Part shown: piece by piece, positions 1 through 10,200 of the stretch
Position numbering within the stretch: the stretch's first letter is position 1
How the letters are laid out: the number at the start of each line of letters is the position of its first letter
NCBI GenBank assembly: GCA_905178155.1
Contig: CAJINV010000006.1
Location: 1,303,876-1,367,875, forward strand
DNA length: 64,000 nt
Direction of reading: 5' to 3'
DNA from: Amoebophrya sp. A120
Lineage: Eukaryota > Protista > Dinoflagellata
The notes under the pieces: model-generated
The model's input: only the letters and a program-made list of their open reading frames with translations
The model's database searches: none
What the model was told of the DNA's origin: nothing
Made by a program: the position numbers and the translations under genes

Positions 1-334
1 TCGTTCACATGATGTTTAAAATAAAGCACTTGTTCTCTTTTCTGTCGTCCTCGTCCTAATTCTCGTCCTAGTATTAGTAAGCCTCGTCGTTTTTCTGAAG
101 TAATTATCTGTTTCCCCTAGCACCCAAAACGAATCGACAAAGAAAGCAAAAATATCAGCACAATTATAGCCAGTTCCAACTACTCTCCCGCCTAGCACTC
201 CTACTGCAGTCTAGTACAAAAGAACCCAACGACCAGCCCTAAAACCCCAAAGAAACGACGCCATAAAGCTATACAGCATCAAGAGCAACAAGAGCAATCG
301 CACAAAGAACTGCCCCAACCACCAAAACCAAAAA

Positions 335-958
335 ATGGCGACTTTGAAGAACATTGTCCTCGCCGCCGCCTCGATGGCTTTGCTGGCGGGCAACAGCGGA
401 GTCGACGCCGTGGAGGTTCTGATGTCCAACCAGAACAAGATCGCCACCGCCCAAAACAAGAAGAAGACCGCTGAGCTGCACAAGAAGGTGCACAAAGCGG
501 CGTCTCAGCACCAGGAGAGCAAGAAAACCGCGACGCTGTCGAAGGAAGGGGCTACGCCCCTGATTTGCGACCCTATCCAAACGGAACTGTGTCGCGCTAA
601 AAATTATGGAACCAAAATCTTGCAGCTAAGAGCAATAATTCTTCATGTAGCTGCTATAGTTCCCCCCCTCCTCCTTTTTTTTTCTGATACAGATACTGTG
701 TCTGCTTTTGCCTTTGCATGTGCTAAAAGCGTAGTAAGATAAATCAAAATTTGGTATGCATACTAATCAATACCCAACACTGTGGCAAAAAAAAGGAACG
801 GATCGGAAAACTAGTAGCAACAACTGCTCAAGCTCAAGATTTTGCTATAGGATATGTACGCTAATCCAGCCGAACCCATTAACGTTGCGACCCAAACTGC
901 GTTGCTCGAGGCGGCTGGGTGCACAGTGAAAAGCTGCTCCACGGGTTGCTGCCGCTAA
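335..958 (+). CDS. Small secreted protein, 2 exons (335-604, ~860-958)
   Basis: Signal-peptide-like N-terminus MATLKNIVLAAASMALLAG. Removing element 605-854 plus 5 bp gives in-frame ANPAEPINVATQTALLEAAGCTVKSCSTGCCR*. Confidence 0.6.
605..854. mobile_element. Introner, singleton family, degenerate
   Basis: TATggaaccaaaatcttgcagct...agctcaagattttgctataggATA inverted ends; TSD not conserved; +5 rule restores frame. Confidence 0.6.
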
Positions 959-1453
959 GATGGGAGCCGGTAGTTTGGGTTTATCTTTATTCTTCTTGCG
1001 CCGGCGTGCCAGCACGCGACAAGGATTAACACCATGTTGTACAAAATAACTACACCAAAAGAAGTGCCAGTACCATCTTAGTGGAGTAGTTGTTCATTTC
1101 GTTTTGATTGCATATCAAAAGAAGCTACGCCCACATGTAAAAATCTTTCTAGATTTCTTGTCGAACGTCAAAAACTTGTAGAGACATCATCCATACGCTG
1201 CAGTATTATACATAGTATACTCCGCAGCCCGGCTTCCTCTGCTCGTGCGTATCCCGCACGGTAAGGAAACCATTGAGGGCAAACCATATTACCAGTTTAT
1301 TTCCATCCTACAACAAATCTGTAGCACTCCTGTAGTTTTGAAAATTTTTAGAAAAGTCATATCATTTGTTCAGAAAGTTTTTTGTTTTTAGATTTTAGCT
1401 GCTCAACGAATCCAGTTCCAGCGCGATGTAGTCCTCGACCATGAGCAATGTGA

Positions 1454-1778
1454 TATCAAAACGAAAAATCCCCCTTCCCCATATCAAAACGAAGTTTCTG
1501 ATGCCGGATTTGCGTACACAAATCTGATTTGTCTTGCAGTAAGGCAGCGCAGCCAGATCCTCGGCCTAGGTAGGGGCGTTTGGGTCTAGTTGCTTAGCAT
1601 TACAAACGGCTGCCCCCTAGGCGCAACAGCATGCCTAATCGCTTCCATAATGGAGCGGAAGCTTCTGCACTTGTCTTCTTGCAAGACAGACGTGATTTGT
1701 GGTCTCAAATCAGCAACGCAAATTTTCGGAGTCATACTTTTTCGATATGTTGGGGAGGGGGGATTTTTCCTTACAATA
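1454..1778. mobile_element. Introner family C (TIR TAT..gaaaaatccccctccccatatc)
   Basis: TAT...ATA, TSD tgtga/tgtga; host transcript unclear. Confidence 0.9.
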
Positions 1779-2537
1779 TGTGACCACGCAGCCCGCCTAT
1801 CAGTACCCCTGATAAGCACAAGGCCGCAAGGTGGAACAACAACCGCAAAAAGTATCAGAAAGCTCTATGTCTATCCCCTCGAGCAAGCGTATTATAACTC
1901 AGAAAGAGGTTGATGTAGCAGTCGTGTCCCTAGTATGTAAAAAAAAAGAGGAAAAAATGCCGCGTGCGGGTTTCGTGAAAACAGGCTGAAGTTGAACGTG
2001 AATAATACTTCTCTGTCGCACTTGAACTGCACGGAAAAGGAAGGCAGGCAAGAGTAAGAAAACAAAACTCTCCGAAACGTTTCACCCCCTATGAATAAAA
2101 AAGAAAAACATAAAGCATAGGAATAGGTCACGTTGCCGGACCAAAGCACATTTTTGCTTTCGCGGACGTGTTGATTGCAGTTGCTCTTTTGGTTTTCTTT
2201 TGGGGACGAGCTTGGGGCAGAAGCGTGGTAAGAGTGACGAGTTGTACCGCTACTGCTTAGCTGGTAGAACATGAAGCGGTGTAGCTCAAGTCGAAGTGTC
2301 TAGTACTTCCGGAAAGAGTGTTGACAGGGCGACAGACGAGCTTTCCATCCCTACTTCGCGATAGAAGATAGAGAGGAAGCCGCGCGATTTTCTTTCCGTT
2401 GTTGAGCGCAGAGTGGTGGCGGTCCTCTGCGATGTAAGTAGGAGGTGTACCTACTACAACGTCGCGCTGAGAGCGATGTGGTACTATGGCTGTTGTCAGT
2501 AGAGACTATATCCGCGTCACAAATAGACCTCTAAAAC

Positions 2538-3617
2538 GTGGGAGTATCGATGTTGTCACGCGCGGCCTCAGCAGATGTCCTCTGCAGAGAACCGCCAGCA
2601 CAGCAAGGGCACGATCACCTCCCGCAGGGGTGGTCATCTGTATCTACTTCCTCCGCCAGAGATTGTGTAGTAGCCTTCCCATCATCTTCCGGGTTCTCCC
2701 ATTCTGGGGAACCATCTTCACAACGACTGGACCAGCGCACGAAAACAAGTTGTGAAAAGAAGTCGCATTCTGCGCCGGAGATGGTGACGCAGGATCAGGA
2801 CGCACTAACGAAGACAAGTTGCGCGAATGCCACTGTCAACATGAGTCACTCTTGTGAAGCACGACCACGAGAAGAATCAGTAGGGATGCTTCAACCAGAA
2901 GAACTACGACAGAAGGACGACATCTTCTCCTGCACCGGAACAAGTCGTTGCAGCAGCAACAGGAACAGCCGATTCTCATCTTCTTGTAGACCACAGGATA
3001 ATTGCTGTCGAAGAGGAGAAACTGCCAGTGCAAGGTGCTCATCTAGTACTTCTTCTGCCACACTTGTAGAACAAGGAGAAGCTTCGGTCGATGGTTTGTC
3101 TGTTCGCCCCTGCACTAGTACTTCTCGCGGCCTCGGAGGACTAGGCCAAGAAGGTGGAGCAGCAGCTTCCGTGCGAAATCAATCTCGTGAAGAACACGGC
3201 CTTGAAGAAGTTTCAGGGTCGTATTTTTGTCAACAGCGAAAGATGCAACAAGAAACGTCACAACAGCAGCACCTCCAGCACGTCCCTGGGATGAGGATAC
3301 AAAGCGCAACCGGCTCACCCGTAGTTTCAACTACACTGAAATCTTCCCGCCCCAGCTCCTGTTCGGACAGTAGATCACTTTTCAAATCAACACTGTGGTC
3401 AAGACTAGAAGGGCCGCTGAAGAGACTTTTCTTACCGGTGCGAAAGTACAACAATCTCATCCGGCAGAAGAACGAAGCTAAGGAGACGAGCAGAAGTAGA
3501 ACCCAAGGAGCTTCTACTGTCTCAGCCAGCTCGATGCAGGACAAAGAGAAGACGAAATCAACTAGAAAGAACTCATTTTCAACAGGAGCAACTTTTCTTT
3601 CTGATGGTCTTTCGTAG
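2538..3617 (+). CDS. Ser-rich hypothetical ORF, copy 1
   Basis: 359-aa ORF paralogous to 4600-5700 and 6139-7184 (SRSLFKSTLWSRLEGPLKRLFLPVRKYNNLIR); no recognised domain. Confidence 0.4.
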   Translation: MGVSMLSRAASADVLCREPPAQQGHDHLPQGWSSVSTSSARDCVVAFPSSSGFSHSGEPSSQRLDQRTKTSCEKKSHSAPEMVTQDQDALTKTSCANATVNMSHSCEARPREESVGMLQPEELRQKDDIFSCTGTSRCSSNRNSRFSSSCRPQDNCCRRGETASARCSSSTSSATLVEQGEASVDGLSVRPCTSTSRGLGGLGQEGGAAASVRNQSREEHGLEEVSGSYFCQQRKMQQETSQQQHLQHVPGMRIQSATGSPVVSTTLKSSRPSSCSDSRSLFKSTLWSRLEGPLKRLFLPVRKYNNLIRQKNEAKETSRSRTQGASTVSASSMQDKEKTKSTRKNSFSTGATFLSDGLS

Positions 3618-4599
3618 TTGCCATAAAGTATTCTTTCTGTCCTCACCACTCTGAGGAAAGCAAGAATCTAGTCCATCGGGGGGGGAGAGTGGGGCTTGTT
3701 CTTTTTTTTTTTTTTTCCCGTTTGGCCAATGGGCAGACTAGGGCTGGCAAGGCCGGCGGATCTTTTGCAAAGATGAAAACCCCCAGTGACTTTCTTCCTT
3801 TTATCGCGCAACCTCCTAAAAGATTCTTTGAGGTGCCAAGATTGGGACCAAAGAATAAAAAAAAAAAAACTCAAGAGCGCAAAACAGTAAAAGAAAGAAA
3901 AACGCGCCACCTTCCAGCACCCGCCGGGCTGGAAAGGAGAAAACTCATATAAAAGAAAAGAAAAGGCAAGGCTCCAAGCCTAGGCGGTGGCAACTGGCGG
4001 CGCAGGGCATAACTCCGTGTTTTCCTGTAGCCCCCGGTGGCGTCGGTATACCTCTCCTTCCGCTCCGGCGGTTTGAGAGTCAGCGCAACCTCTGGTAGCG
4101 CTGTGGTTCTTGGATCCGGTTTGACGTCAGGTTGAGCACATGAGGAGGGTTGATTGCAGTTGTTCTTTTGGTTTTCTTTTGGGGACGAGCTTGGGGCAGA
4201 AGCGTGGTAAGAGTGACGAGTTGTGCCGCTACTAATAAGGTGCTAGAACATGAAGCGGTGTAGCTCAAGTCGAAGTGTCTAGTACTTCCGGAAAGAGTGT
4301 TGACAGGGCGACAGAAGAGCTTTTTTTCCCTGCTCTGCGATAGAAGACAGAGAGGAAACCGCGCGATTTTCTTTCCGTTGTTGAGAGCGAGGTAGTATGA
4401 CTGTTTTGAGTAGAGACTAATTAGAAAAACCAGTTTGTTGTAGGTACTAGCGCCAGTCCTCGTTCATTTCGTTGATCTTCCTGTTGTGTTGATTTTGCTC
4501 AATGTTTCTCTCCTGGAGCAGGTCTTCACCTTGAATTGTCAAATGACTCATGTGTCGTGCAGCTGTCCAGGATCCTTCTCACAAGTAGACCTCTAGAAC

Positions 4600-5700
4600 G
4601 TGCGAGTATCGATGTCGTCACACGCCTCAGCACAGCAAGGGCGTGATGACGATCAACTCCCGCAGCGGTGGTCTTCTGCATCTACTTCGTCCTCCGCCAG
4701 AAGCGTAGTAGTTTTTCCATCTTCATCCGGGTTCTCCCGTCCCGGGTCCTCACAACTACTGGACCACACGGAAAGTCGTCAACAGAAATCTTGTTCTGCG
4801 CAGAGGATGTCCATGCTGACGCAGGATCAGGTCGAGCGCAAGAAAAGTTTGACAACTGCAGCTAGTGTCATGAATCATTCTTGTGAAGCACGCCCACGAG
4901 GAGAACCAGCAGGGATGCGATTAGAACTACCACAGAACGACGACTCCTACACCGGAGTTCATTGCAGCAGCGCAAGCAGTAGCCGACCCTCATCTGGTAG
5001 ACCAGCACCTGATTTGAGTAGAGAGAAGACTGCTAGTTGTAGCAACATTATCGCGGCCAGTACAAGTTGCTCATGTACTGGCACTGCCACGCTTGTAGAA
5101 AAAGAAACTTCAGTCTGTAGTTCGTGTGTTCACTGCACTACAACATCTCGCGGTCTCGCCGGACCAGGGCAAGAGGGTCGTGCATCTTCTGTACGAAATC
5201 ATTCTCGTGAACACGTCGGCCACGAAGTTTTGGAGCCGTGCTGTTCGCGAAAGAGACCAGTACAAGAAACGTCACAACTGCAGCACCAGCACATCATTGG
5301 GAAAGGGATAAAAAGTGTAACTACCAGTACCAGCTCACCAGCGTCAACAGTGACAAGAACAGCCCGCCCCTTCTTCTCGGACAGCACCAGATCACTTTTC
5401 AAATCAAAACTGTGGTCACGACTAGAAGGACTAAAACTGTTCTTGCCGGCGCGAACGTACAATAATCTCATACGGGAGGAGACAGAAGCTAAGGAGACGA
5501 GCAGAAGTAAAACTGAGGGAACTACTGCCGCAACAAGCTCGATGCAGGACAAAGAGAAGACGAAATCAACTAGAAAGAACTCATTTTCAACAGGGGCAAC
5601 AGATTTGTTTTTTTTGTGGGTTGGTTCGCGGCGTCACGTGGGCCGACACCTCTGCTGCTGCTGCTGCCGCGGTAAGAATGAAGAGTTGTGCCGCTTCTAG
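4600..5700 (+). CDS. Ser-rich hypothetical ORF, copy 2
   Basis: 366-aa ORF; frame stays open despite many indels relative to copies 1 and 3. Confidence 0.4.
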   Translation: MRVSMSSHASAQQGRDDDQLPQRWSSASTSSSARSVVVFPSSSGFSRPGSSQLLDHTESRQQKSCSAQRMSMLTQDQVERKKSLTTAASVMNHSCEARPRGEPAGMRLELPQNDDSYTGVHCSSASSSRPSSGRPAPDLSREKTASCSNIIAASTSCSCTGTATLVEKETSVCSSCVHCTTTSRGLAGPGQEGRASSVRNHSREHVGHEVLEPCCSRKRPVQETSQLQHQHIIGKGIKSVTTSTSSPASTVTRTARPFFSDSTRSLFKSKLWSRLEGLKLFLPARTYNNLIREETEAKETSRSKTEGTTAATSSMQDKEKTKSTRKNSFSTGATDLFFLWVGSRRHVGRHLCCCCCRGKNEELCRF

Positions 5701-6138
5701 GTGGTAGAAGATCAAGATGGAGAGATTTACACTGAAGTCGAAGTGTCTTCCGGAAAGAGTGACAGGGCGACAGAAGAGTTTTTTTTCCCTGTTTCGCGAT
5801 ACCAGATAGAGAGGAAACCGCGTGATTTTCTTTCCGTTGTTGAGCGCAGAGTGGTGGAGGTCCTCTGCGACGTAAGTAGGTGTACCTACTACAGCGTAGC
5901 GCTGAGAGCGAGGTAGTATGAATGTTTTGAGTAGACACTATTAGATAGAAAAACCAGTTTGTTGTAGCTACTAGCGCCAGTCCTCGTTCATTTCGTTGAT
6001 CTTCCTGTTGTGTTGATTTTGCGTGTTTTCCTCCTGGAGCAGGTCTAGTACTTCTTCACATTGAGCTGTCAAAGGAGTCATGTGTCGTGGTGTCGAGGAT
6101 CCTCGTCACAAATAAATCTCTGAAACGGGCGAGTATCG

Positions 6139-7209
6139 ATGTTGTCGCACGCGGCCTCAGCAGATGTCCTCTGCGGAGAACCGCCAGCAGCATTGCAAGG
6201 GCATGCTCACAGCCCGCAGAGGTTGTCTTCTGCATCTACTTACTCCGCCAGAAGTTGTGTAGTAGCCTTCCCAACATCGTCCGGGTTCTCCAGTCCTCCC
6301 GGATCGTCTTCACAACGACTGGACCAGCACACGGAAACAGCTTGTGAAAAGAAGTCGCATTCTGCGCCGGGGATGGTGACGCAGGTGGATCAGGACGCAC
6401 GAAGGAGGACAAGTTTCGCGAATGCCACTGTCATGAGTCATTCTTGTGAAGCTGCACGACCACGAGAAGAGCCAGCAGGGGCGATGCAATTAGAACTACC
6501 ACAGATGAACGACGACATCTTCTCCTGCACCGGGAAAATTCACTGCAACAGCAACAGCCGATCCTCAATTTCTTGTACCCGACGGGATTTGAGTAGTAGG
6601 GAAGAGACTGGTAGTTGTTGGCGTCGCAACGTCGCTACCAGTGCAAGAAGTTGGTCATCTTCCACTCTTGTAGAAGAGGCTCCTTTGGTCTGTAGTTCGC
6701 TTGTTCGCTGCACTACATTTCGTGGCGTCGGACGACCAGGGCAAGAAGGTGGTGCAGCTTCCGTTCCAAATCATCAATCTCGTGAACACGTCGGCCACGA
6801 AGTTTTAGAACCCTCTCGCCAACAACAGCGAAAGATGCAGCAAGCAACGTCGCAACTGCAGGACCTCGAGCACGTCGTTGGGAAGAGGATAAAAAGCGCA
6901 ACCGGTTCACCCGTAGTTTCAACTACAGTGAAAACAGCCCGCCCCAGCTCCTGCTCGGACAGTAGATCACTTTTCAAATCAACAATGTGGTCACGACTAG
7001 AAGGGCCGCTGAAGAGACTTTTCTTACCGGTGCGAAAGTACAACAATCTCATCCGGCAGAAGAACGAAGCTAAGGAAACGAGCAGAAGTAGAACCCAAGG
7101 AGCTTCTACTGTCTCAGCCAGCTCGATGCAGGACAAAGAGAAGACGAAATCAACTAGAAAGAACTCATTTTCAACAGGGGCAACAACCGCAGCAAAAACC
7201 ACTGCGACC
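6139..7209 (+). CDS. Ser-rich hypothetical ORF, copy 3 (reads in frame into the next gene)
   Basis: Paralog of copies 1 and 2; no stop before ATG 7210. Confidence 0.35.
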
Positions 7210-10200
7210 ATGTTTTTCTTTCTCGCATCTTCAATTATCATCCCTGAAGCATCCGCCTCGGCCTTGCTTTCTTCTTTAAACCTCGACGACTGCCAGTGCG
7301 CGGTGGAAGACGGAAGGTGTCCGAACGGGTACTCCTGCCACTGCGAAAAGCCGAAGGATATTCTGGGCGATCCCTACGACTGCGCGACGGATACTAAGTG
7401 CTACAACCCGGTGTGTATCATGTGCAAGTATGTCTGGGTCTGGAAGAATGCATGTTTGTCATGCTTGTCGGGCATGACTCTTAAGTCTGTGATGCACGGC
7501 ACCCAAGAGCTCCACTGTTCTGTCATGCAGAAACGCAGTTTGTCATGCAGAATAGGCAACACCTAGAAGCTCAGAAACTTGTCATCCTGAGCCAGCACTT
7601 GTGGCCTCCTCATGATACGCCACCCAGCATCACAAGTTTCCAGACCCAGACGCAGACACATTTGCAATGCATAGTGCGCCCGGCCGGGTACTGGAAGTGC
7701 TGCTTCGACTGCGAATACAATTCCTGCGCGTTCTATGGATGTGTCAGGATCGAAATCGACAAAGTCGAGAAATTTGTGATGCACAAAATGTAGGGCACTG
7801 AAGGCCTGTATTGGGCAGCAGGCAAATGAAACCGATTGTAAGCCTGTTTAGGGGCGGTATGCAATGCGCTGCCAGAGTAGCATGACAGGAGCAGTCTTCT
7901 TTGCCTAGACAGCATGACATACTGGCCTTGGGTGCTCCCGAAATTTGTCATGCGCCGCTTGGAAACTGAGGCTCCAACTGGTATCGATTTTGTGCATCAC
8001 AAATTTTTCGACTTTGTCAATTTCGATTCTGACACCTCCATACTTTCCAAGACGGGTTTTACATCCAGTCGCCGTCTTATGAGAGTGCACAACTTGTTCC
8101 CCTCCCCCTCATTTGTCATGCAAAAACCCCAAATCCAAGTGATAATTCCATGTGGCATTGTTTGCATGACAGATTCCGGAAGCCCAACCAGTACTACGCT
8201 AGGCGCATGAATCTGTCATGCACAGGCTCCGCGTGTGCTGGTGTTTGTCGTGCTGTTCATGCAATACAAATGAGGGGGAGTTCGGAGTTGTGCACTGTCA
8301 TACGTCGTTCCAGCAAGCCAGCTTTCTCCGGCCCTTCTGGCTCGAGGAAGCCATCGTCACCCACGTGACGGATCCGAGTGCAGATTCCAGTGGCGGCTAT
8401 GAATTGCAAAAGTTAAAGTAGCGTACAAGTAGTCAAAATTGCAATACAAACTAGCGCAGCACGACTAATTGAATTTCTTGTAGCCATTTTGGCTCAAGAT
8501 CCCTTTGAAATTCTCACCTCACCAATAAATCGGTGGGTGGGGGGGTCTTCGAGTTTTTTACTCTTACCACAGCGGCACCGTGTAGAGGTAGTTGACATTT
8601 TACTGAATGAGAGACGTAGAACGCAGCTACAATTTACACCGCACTAGAAACAAGTTGGTAGATTGAGTAGGCTACGATCATAACGCAAACAGACACTGAA
8701 TGCGAAAACTACAACTCACTTATAAAAACTACACATATTCAAAATACGCAACTCAGAAATAAGACTAGAAATACGCAAGCCCATCCATAAAAACAAAAAA
8801 ATCTAAAAACAAAAAAATAAACTCAATATATGCGCGCAACGCTAACGGGGAAAAGCCGCGAACCTTACCAAGACAAGCGGAACAGAGACGCGACTACTTC
8901 CAGACCAAGAACTTCGGAGCTTGAACATTGTGGACTTCAGATTTCGCATCTTCGACTTCAGAAAGAGCTGCAGAAAACCGCGACCGCCAAAAGCAAGTCT
9001 CGGGCGCCGTACATTGATAAGAGCAGGCAGCAGAAGACTTCGCCACAGCAAAAAGCCAGGGCCGGCCACAAAGCAAGGGCAACTAGTAACACGCGACGCA
9101 TTGGGCTCGCTGTCATTTTGCCTGCGTTCGAAGTCGGCGAGAGCGAAGCAAGAGAGGACCGCTGATACAGAATGAAAGGAGAGCGGCTGCGAATGTGAAT
9201 GGAGCAGGAAAAGATAGCAGTAACTGGAACAAAAGTTCCGCCCTTTATAGTGAAGATGGAGGATAGGCGGGAGATGAGTCCTGCTCAAGTCGTTTGCTAC
9301 TTTGCTTAGCCCACCATAAAACTTCCGGGGACGACTTGATGAGGATTGAGGACAGCTGTGTTACATTTCGTCGAGCCGCTTGCTACTTTGCTTAGCCCAC
9401 CATAAAAACATCCGGGGGCGACTCAATGAAAAGGACATAGCAAGAACAGCTTCACTATATTTATTATTTAACCCCGTGCTGGGTAATACTACTACTACTA
9501 CTTGTCATGCTGATGTACCTTAATACGGCAGAATTGTCATGCACGGCTGCAATTAGATGACTTACTACGAGCACGATACTTTTGCACAGGATAGCGGCAG
9601 TTCCTCGGCGAACTCCGACACCGGTTCTGCTGTGTACTCCTCCGACCGAATCGGCCCGGCGGCCAACAACGGCGCGGCCAGTGCGCTGTCCGGCATCACC
9701 AACGTGCAACGTGCCGACGCGGGGACGCCCCTCACTCCCGTGGTGAAAGAAAACATCAAGCCGCCCATCGTCTCCGGGACGGACTACCACGGTGCTATCA
9801 ACGGCATGCACGGGGGTCGGGAGCTGAACCTGATGAACACGGAGCTCACGCTATCCTGAGTAAAAACGTTCCCACACCAGAGTTGTCATGCAAATCTGCA
9901 TGCCAAAAAAGTTTGTCATGCGGAGCGCCATGAGAGGCATTTTCTAGCCGTGTTTTGGAATTTGTCATGCTACAATCAGCGTGATATACTAGATCTGTGA
10001 TGCTGCTGAACTACCTAAACAGGATTGCACTAGTACGAGGACAAACTTGTCATGCCAAATGACCAAAGCTGGCTGATTTGTCTAGCAGATTTCCCATCGT
10101 GACTCTGGTGTGGGGACGTTTTTACAAATGATACACACTGAGCTCCCGGGGCCGCATGGAGTGCCTCCCCTGCCGGAAAGGCGACTACTGCATATGCATC

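Larger units (their letters stand above)
2170..7184 (+). repeat. Tandem triplication of a ~1.5 kb block (~2170-3592, ~4149-5600, ~5700-7184)
   Basis: All three copies share gtcgaagtgtc..ttccggaaagagtg and end in tcaactagaaagaactcattttcaacagg(a/g)gcaac. Confidence 0.9.
8398..9593. mobile_element. Introner family B (TIR TATgaattgcaaaagtatcgtact) enlarged by a ~1 kb nested insert
   Basis: TSD gcggc/gcggc; DSSGG|SSSANS joins in frame. Confidence 0.9.

Noticed and set aside
1798-1814. 17-bp TATcag-taccc-ctgATA mini-palindrome as a minimal introner
   Set aside because: No 5-bp TSD and no demonstrable host frame; may be chance
3669-4140. A/T-tract, GC-rich spacer between triplication copies as a separate mobile element
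   Set aside because: No termini or TSD could be defined
8480-8560. SL-RNA gene
   Set aside because: The SL is followed by ATCCC rather than a GT donor and lacks its 5' bases; it fits a retrocopy better
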